Origin: Octopus vulgaris
Lineage: Eukaryota
Length of the DNA stretch: 64,000 nucleotides
Direction of reading: 5' to 3'
Assembly: GCA_951406725.2 (NCBI GenBank)
Contig: OX597817.1
Span: 34,968,001 to 35,032,000 of the forward strand
In this document: piece after piece, positions 53,187 to 64,000 of the stretch
Layout of the letters: each line of letters begins with the position of its first letter
How positions within the stretch are numbered: position 1 is the first letter of the stretch
Translations under genes and position numbers: made by a program
The notes under the pieces: model-generated
What the model was told of the DNA's origin: nothing
Database searches by the model: none
What the model saw: only the letters and a program-made list of their open reading frames with translations

Positions 53187-56100
53187 GTCTGGAAACAAAA
53201 AGGAGAAGAGTACAGAATTACTGGCTGTCATGGATGGTTGTGGATTGGGTCAACACGAGTCTATAACATAGTTCCTATGGATACTGTCGGATTGCGAGCT
53301 GTTTCAGTTAAACTGCGAGCACGTAAACGGAAATTAATTGAGTCAAATTTTGTAAGACCATCAAAGATTGCTAAGAAAGAAAATGAGGAGGTAAGTAATG
53401 AAGGAATGGATGTAAATGGACAACAGTCAGAAAGCCAAAACAGTTCTGCAATTAATGAAGTTAAAAAAATGGAGGTTGATGGAAGTAAAATAAAAGTTGA
53501 GCCAACTGAAAAGAAAGAAATTGATTTAAAAGAAGAATCAGGAATTAGGTCTGATCCCAAAGTGGAAGTTAACACATGTAAAGATGAAAAACGATCTGAA
53601 TTGCCATTGGTGTCTCCTAAAAAGCCAATACAGGATATTGAGAAAGAATCTGAAACAAAAGATAAAGTAGTCACCGATACAACTATTAAGGATAATAAAA
53701 TGGAAGTTGATGATGATCCTGATATAAAATCTGATGACTATATTAGAATGAATCAACATTTGTTCTCATTTCCTCCTTATACTAGTCTTCCACCTAAAAT
53801 AGGTGTTGACGTTATTGATGTTTCTGATGCATTTCAGAAGAAAATGTATTATCCTAAATTAGTGAAGCCATTTTCTAAACTAGACTCCCTTCTCGAACGG
53901 CGTTTAAAATGTGATGAAATGGAGAAAAAGCAGAGACAAGCCATAGAACAACAAATTGCATTTAAATTGAAATTACAACCAGCTAATTCACAGGTAAAAA
54001 TTCTCACACCTGCTGCAGCAGCTTTGTTAAAACAAGAAGCAAAAAATTCTCAAGAAAATGTGAATGTTACAAAACAGTCATTGACTCTGAAGTATTGCTG
54101 CTATTGCGTATCATGCCGATTGCAAAAGGCTGCAACTAACGAAACTGCCATCAAATCTTCCTGCTACTCTCCATTTTGTCGAAATAATAAACAGGCTGTA
54201 ACTTCAAATGCTCAACCTGCAAAGACTGTTGCAGTAACTACACCAACGACATTGGTAAAGACTGTTGCACTAACAACATCAACTACATCGGTGAAATCTG
54301 TTGCAGTAACAACACCCACTACACTTGCAAAAACTGTTGCATTAACAACACCCACTACAATTGCAAAAACTGTTGCATTAACAACACCCACTACAATTGC
54401 AAAAACTATTGCAGTAACAACACCAACTGCACTTGCAAAAACGGTTGCAGTAGCAACACCAACTGCACTTGCAAAAACTGTTGCAGTAACAACGCCAACT
54501 GCACTTGCAAAAACTGTTGCAGTAACAATGCCAACTGCACTTGCAAAAACTGTTGCAGTAACAACACCAACTGCCCTTGCAAAAACTGTTGCAGTAACTA
54601 CGCCGACTGCACTTGCAAAAACTGTTGCAGTAACAACACCAAATACACTTGTAAAAACTGTTGCAGTAACTACGCCAACTGCACTTGCAAAAACTGTTGC
54701 AGTAACTACGCCAACTGCACTTGCAAAAACTGTTGCAGTAACTATGCCAACTGCACTTGCAAAAACTGTTGCAGTAACAACGCCAACTGCACTTGCAAAA
54801 ACTGTTGCAATAACTACACCAACTGCACTTGCAAAAACTGTTGCAGTAACAACAACTGCACTTGCAAAAACCGTTGCAATAACTACACCAACTGCACTTG
54901 CAAAAACTGTTGCAGTAACAACACCAACTACACTTGCAAAAACTGTTGCAGTAACAACACCAACTACACTTGCAAAAACTGTTGCAGTAACAACACCAAC
55001 TGCACTTGCAAAAACCGTTGCAGTAACAACACCAACTACACTTGCAAAAGTTGTTGCAGTAACAACACCAACTGCACTTGCAAAAACTGTTGCAGTAACA
55101 ACACCAACTGCGCTTGCAAAAACTGTTGCAGTAACTACACCAACTACGCTTGCAAAAAGTATTGCAGTAACAACACCAACCACACTTGTAAAAACTGTTG
55201 CAGTAACAATGCCAAATACACTTGTAAAAACTGTTACTAGTGCAGCTGCACCAGCTATTGTTCTTACCAGTACTCCTACTAGTTCTTTGATTAAAACAGT
55301 TGTAACTGCTGCTACAACAGCTTCACCGTCAACTCCATCAATATCTGCTACATCATCTGTTGTTACAGCACCAGCATCTACCACCGCTACTGCAGTATCA
55401 TTAGTAGCAACCCCTACAGCCATATCTACAACACGGTCAACTGTCTCGCCCATTCAAACAACAGCTGTCACAACACCCTCTGCTCCCACAGCAATCACTC
55501 CATCTCCAAAATGCACCATTCCTGTATCATTAGCAGCAACAGCCGTTCGTACCATCCCTGTGACACTTGCAACATCTTCACTACCAACGATCACTTTAGG
55601 TACTACCTCATCAAATGTCTCTGCCATACCAATCTCTATTGTATCAAAAGACTCTTTGAATAACTCAATTAATAATACAGCTTCTTTGACTCCAACACAG
55701 GTGGCTATTCCTGGGACTAAAGTTCCAGTGGCAATATCAACTGCAACATCTAGCCCTGCCATGGTAGTCTTTACAACACCTACTTCAAATTCTCTTACAA
55801 AATCTGCTCCACTACAGACTGCCAGTGTAGATAAAACACCAGCGAAACCTGTTGTAGTCAATGGTAAAAAAAGTGATTCTTCCACTGTTGACCATGGGAA
55901 TGAAAAAATTGATGTGGAAGGGGATAAAGAAAACACTTCTAAATCTCTTTTGGTTAATTCAGAAAATACAACTAAACAACTCTCTGATGGATTAGTTGGC
56001 AAAAGTTTACTTCCTGCTAAACTTTCTTCGGACATATCACTTCTCCAGGCTGGTGGGTTGACAATTGCTAAAGCTACACCTGTAACTGCCGAACAGAAGA

Positions 56101-56784
56101 GTACTCCTGTCAGGAAGATCAGCACTGTAGCCAGCAACAGTACTGTAGCACAACTACTCACTGCGAAACCAGCCATAGCACCTGCCTTGACACCAGCACA
56201 AATAGCTGCCAGACAGGCATTAGCTGCTATGACTGTTGATGAATTGAAGGCTAAGATGCCACCTATAAGAACTACAAAAGATAAGTTTAGGCTGCCAAAA
56301 TTTTCCAAAATTGGTAAACGGACCAAAATGTTACGTAAAAGTAGTTTGCCAGTATGTCAGAAATTTCAAACTCCTAGCAAATCAAAAAGTATTTTTGTCT
56401 TAGAAAGTCATGAACTGAAACGACTAGCACGGAAAGGTGGTAATATGGAAGCTTCTGGTTTTAATTATAACTGCAAAATGAACAATGTGAATTGGATTTA
56501 TCAGTGTCCACGACCTTCTTTCAAATCTGCATGGCGATATCGCACGCAAACTCTCAAATCCCTCGCAGCAGCTGGTCTGCAGCTACGGATTCTCTGGGTA
56601 TGTCTTCGGTGGGATGACATGTCTGTGAAGACACCTGCCGGTGGCACAAACACTGTTTCCACTGAAACGGAGATAACGACGACAGAGTTATTGAAAAGGC
56701 GTGATATTGGTCCATATGGACTCCGCTCTGAGTTTCTGGTACGCAAAATTGTTGTGCCTATTGGATTACCTAGTCAACAAAGAG
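53187..56784 (+). CDS. BPTF: BPTF exon 10 (3.6-kb exon containing a Thr-rich tandem repeat); gene continues beyond the window
   Basis: gttcag|GTC TGG... starts [13 protein letters not shown] and ends with conserved [57 protein letters not shown]; donor G|gttggt. The C-terminal PHD and bromodomain are not in the window. Confidence 0.94.
54222..55235 (+). repeat. Coding minisatellite: 28 copies of a 36-bp unit ([12 protein letters not shown]) in BPTF exon 10
   Basis: Consensus aaaactgttgcagtaacaacaccaactgcacttgca, counted from the translation. One unit has an in-frame 3-bp deletion. Confidence 0.97.
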
Positions 56785-57321
56785 GTTGGTTCATTTATTT
56801 ATTATTTTTTTGTTTCAAACAACTGTTTTATTTAAATGCTACTATTGGTTGGATGATTACACATTTTATATATATTCTTGTTGTTTAGATCCAGGTCAGC
56901 CCTGGATCTAAATCAAAGGTATTCCATCCATTTTCCTTCTTGACTTCATGTATATCTAAGACTAAATTGTCCAGTGTGCCATGTGCCCTTCCTTTTCTGA
57001 GATGGTAGAAAGTGATTTGACAAAGATTTGGTTGCTATTTCTTGCAGGTCAAACAATCACAAAGATTCCCTTGTTGGCTCATATTTATTATTGTAATCCC
57101 TTGGGGTGATTATCTACCTGTAACTTTGGTGGATCTGCATGTAACTATGTAGCTGGACAACTCTGATTAATATGCTTTCCAAAGTCTGCTGAAAGTATTC
57201 TTTAGTCATTTTTTATTTACTCACAGCACCAATATATGCAATATTCTCAATGATTCCAATGTAGCTGTAACATTCATCACTGGTAATAAGAGAGATAGAG
57301 AAGCCAATGGCATCCATATTA

Positions 57322-59131
57322 TGGGGGTGTAGGAGTTTTGGTGAAGGAAGAAATCTGTGAGAAGGTGGTGGAGGTCAGGAGAAAGAGTGACAGAGTGATG
57401 ACAATAGTGTTAGCATTTGAGGAAGAAGTGGCAAGGGTGATTTGTGAGTGTGGTCTGTAAAGTGGAAGAGGGATCGTTGAGAAAGAGCAGTTCTTTGATG
57501 AAATGACAAATGAGTGGGATTTACATAAGGTGGATGAATTGGTTTTGGGCATGGATGATTTTAATAGATAGGTTGGGAAATGGATCCAGGGCTTTGAGGG
57601 TGTGTATAGAGGAAACGGAATTGGGGAGAGAAATGTAGAAGGAAGGATACTGCTGGAGTTTTGTGATAAGAAAGAGTTGTGTGTGACGAACAAGTGGTTT
57701 AGGAAAACAGAGAAAAGGAAGGTGACTTTCAGTGCAAGAGGGAATGAGACAGAGATTGAGTTTGTGTTGGTTGGCAGGAAAAACAGAAAATATCTGTGAG
57801 ATGTGAAGACAATACCAGGGGAGTTGCAGCACAGGTTGGTGGTTACTGACTTGGATAAGAGGAAAGTTAAAAAGTGTGTGAGAAAGGGAATGGTTGAGAG
57901 GTGAAAGGTGTGGAAACTGAAGGAAGAAGAAACAAGAACTAGGTTTGAGGAGAGAACTGGGGAGTTGGTAAGCATTGATGCATCTGATTTGTGGAGGTCT
58001 TTTAAAGAAGGTGTACTGACGAAGTATGTGGAAGGATGAAAAGTAGGAAAGATCGAGGAGATACGTAGTGGTGGAATGAGGTGAGGGATGCAATAGTGAG
58101 GAAGAAGCTTTATGTAATAATAGGACTGAGCAACATGAAGAATCATGCAAAGAGGGTGGTCGCGAGATCTATGAGTAAAGAGGCTGAGGAGAGGTTGAGT
58201 GGGCTGGGTGAGAACCCAGATAGTGGATAGTGTGTTTAGGGTTATTAAATCAATGTAAAAAGATGGAAGAGATATTGAATTGGGAAGATGCATGAGGGGG
58301 AATGATGGAAGGTTGAATTTTAGTGAGAAGGACAGGGGAAGAATTTGGAAGGAGCATATGGAGGGAATTATGAACGAGGAGAATGAATGGAATCAGAGAA
58401 TGGAAGTTGCTGTAGTTGAGGGGGCCAGTGGAGAGGATTAGTCAGGAAGAAGTAGTAGAGGCTGGCGGAACCAGTGGAAATACTATGTGATGCGGTGGAA
58501 ATGGTGAGAGGGTTTTGTTATTGGGGAGATAGGGTGGATGTAAGTGGTGGATGTGAAGAAGCTGACAGCAAGAGCAAAACTTAGCTGGGTGAAGTCCAGG
58601 GAATGTGGAGCATTGTTATATGGGAAAATGTTCTCATTAAAAATGAAAAGAAGGGTCTGTAAGCATTGCGTGAGAGCTGCAATGCTGTATGGGAGTGAGA
58701 CATGGTGTGTGAGGGGGAGAGAGATGGCAATTTTGAGAAGGACTGGGAGAGCAATAGTGAGAGAAATGTGTGGATTAAAGCTGTTTGATAAGAGGGGGAT
58801 TGAGGATTTGATGGGGATGCTGGGGTTGGAGGATTTGAGGAATGGTTGGCAAGGGCAAATAGAGTGAGGTGGTATGGGCATGTGTTGAGGATGAACGAAG
58901 AGTATGTTCTGAGGAGGGTGATTGCATTTGAGGTAAATGGAGCGCAAAAGCGAGGTAGACTGACGAAAAGGTGGAGGAGGAGATTAGGAGGGTTGGCTTG
59001 AAAAAGAAGGACACCCAAAACCAGGCAAAATGGCAAGGTGGTGTGAGGGCAGTTGCTATGGCATTAAGGTAGATCTGGCCAACCCCGTCAATGGGGACAA
59101 AACCAGCATTTAAAACATTTGATGATGATGA
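57322..59131 (+). mobile_element. Decayed purine-rich RTE-clade LINE (second family) with the RT core deleted
   Basis: APE remnant GVGVLVKEEICEKVVEVRRKSDRVM and GERNVEGRILLEFC, then a jump near 58460 to VRAAMLYGSETW...WYGHVLR; ends with (GAT)n. Confidence 0.85.
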
Positions 59132-60220
59132 TTATTTGCCTGGTTGATAATCTTTCTTCATTTGACTATCAAATATGAACACTTGTCCTAACCAGGTGCA
59201 GTCCCAGGAATTTTTCGAAGGGAGGTCAGAAGGGAATACAATTCCAGGAGAAAAGGGCGTAATAACATTATTTAGAAGGGTGCACTTCTTTTCTTGAGCG
59301 GGGAACATGCCCCTCAGGCACCCCAGCTAACCATACTCCATTTATGTCCCATGAGAATATTGTAATCAATTCTAATTGTCTCTTGGTTTCATGTATATTT
59401 CTCAAATACAGTTTAAGGCCAAAAATGTGTGAGTAACATTGATCTTTCTTTCAAGTGAAAATCTTATCAAGCAGCCTTTGTATTGCCTAACGGGGTAGAA
59501 AAAGGTTTCACTGATAGGATGAAAAACATTGTAGATAAGCTATCGCCCTGAAATATTCCTGTTGATAGCCTAATTATTGTTCATGACTAAAGAGGTAGCT
59601 TTAGTTCTTATTGATATCCCTGAGGACCATGTTGTTGTAGGCCTCTTAATGGCATTAATTATAGATGTTGGAACTTCAGCATGTCTTGAATCTATTATCC
59701 TTGAGTGAGGAATAATCAAATTCTTTCTTACAGTTTAGCCATACAGTCATCAGGCTTTGGCTGTGATGTTTTGTGTACTTCAAAGCAGCTTTGTGGATGA
59801 GGAAATGTTTGGCACAGCCCTAGGACTCCTTCTTCTTCCTCCTGCCACTTTATCAGTCAATACAGTAATCCAAGGAATGCATTCAAGCAACCTCTGTATA
59901 ATTCATACATCACATTTAAATACATTATGAGCTTGTAGTTTTAGGCCAAATGCATTTCCTGGCATGTATGTATGTGTGTACAGTAAGCTTCTTTCAGTTT
60001 CTGTCTCAAATCCACCCACAAGGCCTTAGTTGACCTGGGGCTATACTAGTAGACACTTGTCCAAAGTGTTGTGGATGGGGACTGAACTTGCAATCACATG
60101 GCTTGGAAGCAAGCTTCTTAAACCATGCAGCCACGTTTCCAACATTCTCTTGTAATTTCTCGTAAAAAAAAATCCAATAAATTAAAACTTTACATTGTAG
60201 TATCATTAAAAGAATGAAAC

Positions 60221-61060
60221 TGTGTATCTATGTGTGTATATATGCACGTACATGCAATCACATAAATATAAAATGAAGTGCAAAAAAATAGCTCTTTAAT
60301 GCCAAAGGTAGAGTAAAATACAGTGTTTTATTGAAGCTGAGAAACTTTTTACAAGAAAGAACTTAATTTCATTCATAAAGTTAAAAGGAATGAATTGGTT
60401 ACAGTTTTGATATTCATTTTAATCTTTTTGTTATCATATTTATTTTGAAATACACTTCTTTGTTTCAATTAATTTTGAAAGAATGAAGAATTCAGTAAAT
60501 TTTTGTTGTCATTATTAAGTTCATGTTTGGAACTTGATATGAAATTTTGATAAATTTTAATTTAGATTACCTTAAATCAAGAAGTTTGTACCATCGGACC
60601 AGGTTAGGTTTCAGGTGGGCTGTTATCAAAAGGTTTAAATTAAGAAGCCAGTATATTGATAGAATTATTATAATTTGTGTATGTGTGTATGTCGTAGATG
60701 GTTTTGGATAAAGTGAGCAGACCAGTAATTTGCTGTTATTGAGATGACATAAGCTGGAACTTGATCAACTGTGGCTGGATCAACTGGGTAATGGGAATGG
60801 GGTCTCAAATTGAAGGCCTGAAATCTCTAAGGATCCCAGAGCATCTATGAGAAATGTATTGGAACTATATATGAATGAATGTATGCATGTATAGGCGGGG
60901 AATGGTTTGTATTAATACTCATTCATTCATTGGTGTGTATCTATGTGTGTCTATATGCACATACATGCAATCACATAAGTATAAAATGAAGTGCAAAAAA
61001 TAGCTCTTAAATGCCAAAGGTAGAGTAAAATACAGTGTTTTATTGAAGCTGAGAAACTTT
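60221..61060 (+). repeat. About 128-bp direct duplication (60221-60348 and 60934-61060) enclosing a decayed piggyBac-type MITE (about 60420-60638)
   Basis: Near-identical copies ending ...gccaaaggtagagtaaaatacagtgttttattgaagctgagaaacttt. Confidence 0.85.
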
Positions 61061-62476
61061 GCAACTCTAGAGTTTCATATTACATCAGTTACAGGAAATG
61101 CTGAGTAAGTTTGCAAAGTTTTTCAGCTCCAATGAAACAACATATAACACACACACTCACACACATACATGCATATGCATACATTTACACATACTTTTCC
61201 TTTAGTTAGGGCTGATTTCATATTTTTATTGATGTGTTCAGTCGATAAGAATAAATTTGTAATTGCAAATACATTTTGTTTAATTCAGTTCTAGTTGAAA
61301 GAAAAACTGTGTTTCTAAAAGTATAGTACCTAAGAATCATAAGAAAGTATAGTGGTTGAACTGTAGATAAAAATACAATCTTTCTTACTTAGCTTTTATG
61401 TCAAATTATCCATTGTGGTAACTGACTGGAAAGTAATGTGCTTCGCCTAGATCACAATAAAATCGTCAATTGCAAGATTTGAACTCCTGGTTTGAAAGTA
61501 GAGTACTGTTATACTGTTATACATTGTGTAATTTATTAAATCCGTTTTGCCACTTAAGAGCTGCTTCAATTACTGAAGAATGTAGCCATTGTAGATGGCC
61601 TTTATATATTCTTCCATTATTTAACTGGTATGAGGAAGAAGATATAGTTATTAAATCTTTCCCTTTGCTGGTGTACGTTCTATTACCTTGATCACATTAC
61701 TATGTCTGCATTGTTATTGTAATAAGGACAAATATGTATGGGGCGACTTAGCTGACCAATTTAATCTGGAATATGGTCATTAAATGAAACAAAAGCACCA
61801 TGCCTTCTGTTGCTGCCAATTCCATAAATGCCATGTTTTATTTTCTGACTGCTGTAAAACAAGTTGTCTTGATTCTGTTATATTGCTTTTTAATTGTATG
61901 TCACCATACTGTTTTCTTTTTTTCTTTTGTTTTAAACTCTGTAATGCCAAAATTATCATTTTACTGAAGAATAATCCCGACCCCCTCCCAGGTTATTTAA
62001 GATTTAGAATTGTGTAAAAAAATTAAATTTTATGTGTATGTATGTGTGTGTGTATATTCATGCCCGCTTGGCTATGTGGCAATGGATTTCATTTTGTGTG
62101 ACACCTTGATCAAGTTTCTTCTACTTTCATGTCAGACTGATCAATGCCCTGTAAATGAAATTGTAGACAGAAAATGCAAAGAAGCCAGCATTGTCATTTT
62201 TGTCTTAATGTCTCGTCCCCCTTCTCCATACTTGAATGGGTCAGATGACTAAGGTGGTGGAGTATTTTTTACTGTCAAATGCACTTCCTGAAACCAACCA
62301 GCACTTATTTCAAGCAAGGTTATAATCTCCCAATCTATCAAACACCAAACAGCCTAGATATGTTTTTGTTATGAACTGGAAACAAACAACACTGTCTGCT
62401 TGTGAGGCCATTGTTGACAACCAATTAACACACATGAACACAAGGGGTAATATGAACTCCCTCACACAAACACGTG

Positions 62477-62508
<32 letters not shown>

Positions 62509-62509
<1 letters not shown>

Positions 62510-64000
62510 CATCATCATCATCATCATCATCGTTTAACATCCGTTCTCCATGCTAGCATGGGTTGGACGGTTCGACCGGGGTTCTGGGAAGCCAGAAGGC
62601 TGCACCAGGCTCCAGTCTAATCTGGCAATGTTTCTACAGCTGGATGCCCTTCCTAACGCCAACCACTCCGTGAGTGTAGTGGGTGCTTTTTACGTGCCAC
62701 CTGCACAGGTGCCAGGCGAGGCTGGCAACGGCCACGGTCAGATTGGTGTATTTTATGTGCCACCGGCACGGAAGCCAGTCGAGGTGGTGCTGGCATCGGC
62801 CACGAGTCGGATAGTGCTTTTTACGTACCACCAGACCAGGGATCCTGGCTGGTTCAATTCGATTTCGATTTTGATTTCGATTTCGCTTGCCCCAACATGT
62901 CTTCACAAGCAAAGGGGGTTGGCATGGGTGCCTGTCATACGGTCGCATTGGAGTATTTTACGTGCCATGGCCACGAGTCGGATAGTGCTTTTTACGTACC
63001 ACCAGACCAGGGATCCTGGCTGGTTCAATTCGATTTCGATTTCGCTTGCCCCAACATGTCTTCACAAGCAAAGGGGGTTGGCATGGGTGCCTGTCGTACG
63101 GTCGCATTGGAGTATTTTACGTGCCACGGCCACGAGTCGGATAGTGCTTTTTACATACCACCAGGCCAGGGATCCTGGCTGGTTCAATTCGGTTTCGATT
63201 TCGCTTGCCCCAACATGTCTTCGCAAGCATGGGGGGTTGGCATGGGTGTCTGTCGTCGGATGAGGTTCTATATCGACTTCGCTTGCCTCAACAGGTCTTT
63301 GTGTCCAAGGGAGGAAAGGCATTCATAAGTGGGCTGGGCTCACTTGTCCTGCCTGGTCTTCTCACGTACAGAATATTTCCAAGGGTCTCGGTCGCTGGTC
63401 ATTTCCTCAGTGAGGCCTAAAGTTCGAAGGTCGTGCTTCACCACCTCGTCCCAGGTTTTCCTGGGTCTACCTCTTCCATGGGTTCCCCAACTGCTAGGGA
63501 TTGGCACTTTCTCACACACCTATCTTCATCCATTCTCGCCACATGACCATACCAGCGCAATCGTCTCTCTTGCACACCACAACTGATGCTTCTTAGGTAC
63601 AACATTTCTCTCAAGGTGCTAACGCTCTGTCGAGTATGTACACTGACATTACACATCCATCGGAGCATACTGGCTTCATTCCTCACGAGCTTACGCATGT
63701 CCTCAGCAGTCACGGCCCATGTTTCGCTGCCATGTAGCATGGCTGTTCGTACACACGCATCATACAGTCTGCCTTTTACTCTGAGCGAGAGGCCTTTAGT
63801 CACCAGCAGAGGTAAGAGCTCCCTAAACTTTGCCCAGGCTATTCTTATTCTAGCAGTTACACTTTCAGCGCACCCACCCCCACTACTGACTTGGTCACCT
63901 AGATAACGGAAGCTATCAACTACTTCTAGTTTTTCCCCCTGGAAAGTGACGGAAGTTGTTTTCTGCAGATTTTCGGAGGTTAATGCTCCCGAGCATCTGC
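62509..64000 (-). mobile_element. RTE-clade LINE running off the window end; 3-prime UTR has three tandem 159-171-bp units (62798 to about 63260)
   Basis: Encodes RCSG...LEVVDSFRYLGDQV...LYDACVRTAMLHGSETW...RLRWYGHVARMDE, with a (CAT)n tail at 62509-62531. Confidence 0.92.

Noticed and set aside
54222-55235. 36-bp repeat array resembling CRISPR by unit length
   Set aside because: Units are contiguous without unique spacers, lie in frame in a eukaryotic exon, and there are no cas genes.
54212-56326. 413-aa and 290-aa minus-strand ORFs
   Set aside because: Antisense shadows of the Thr/Ala/Val-rich BPTF exon 10 and its repeat; no independent gene signals.
57319-59036. 324-, 209-, 154- and 151-aa minus-strand ORFs
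   Set aside because: Antisense of a purine-rich decayed LINE, which is poor in stop codons on that strand.
62550-63328. 237-aa and 143-aa plus-strand ORFs with internal repeats
   Set aside because: Antisense to an RTE 3-prime UTR; they stay open because the tandem periods (171, 159) are multiples of three.
56785-64000. Search for BPTF exon 11
   Set aside because: No phase-1 exon with BPTF-like sequence was found; the region is LINE, SINE and MITE sequence, so the next exon probably lies beyond the window.

Overview
Eukaryotic, AT-rich genomic DNA. The SINE, LINE and microsatellite content points to a coleoid cephalopod, most likely Octopus (an inference from recognised repeat families). The window holds the promoter and first ten coding exons of BPTF/NURF301, the large subunit of the NURF chromatin remodeller, on the + strand: 1450-2510, 42119-42239, 43809-43930, 44378-44583, 46110-46297, 47530-47782, 49040-49243, 49547-49930, 52027-52169 and 53187-56784. 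All junctions are GT-AG and phase-consistent, giving 6280 nt (about 2093 aa); the gene continues past the window. The introns are filled with RTE- and CR1-type LINEs, Nin/Deu- and CORE-type SINEs, non-autonomous Helitrons, piggyBac-type MITEs, Tc1/mariner relics, Penelope remnants with hammerhead-like motifs, and TA/CA microsatellites. Most interesting: (1) a candidate 3-nt microexon or recursive splice site (TAG|AAG|GTAATA, 36828-36830) in the 39.6-kb intron that splits the first PHD finger; it has neural-microexon hallmarks and would insert one Arg into the PHD; (2) a 28-copy, 12-aa Thr-rich coding minisatellite in exon 10; (3) hammerhead-like motifs whose cores are intact only antisense to the pre-mRNA; (4) an RTE LINE family with a PHD-like finger inside its RT region. 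Exon coordinates were read base by base; boundaries of old repeats are approximate.
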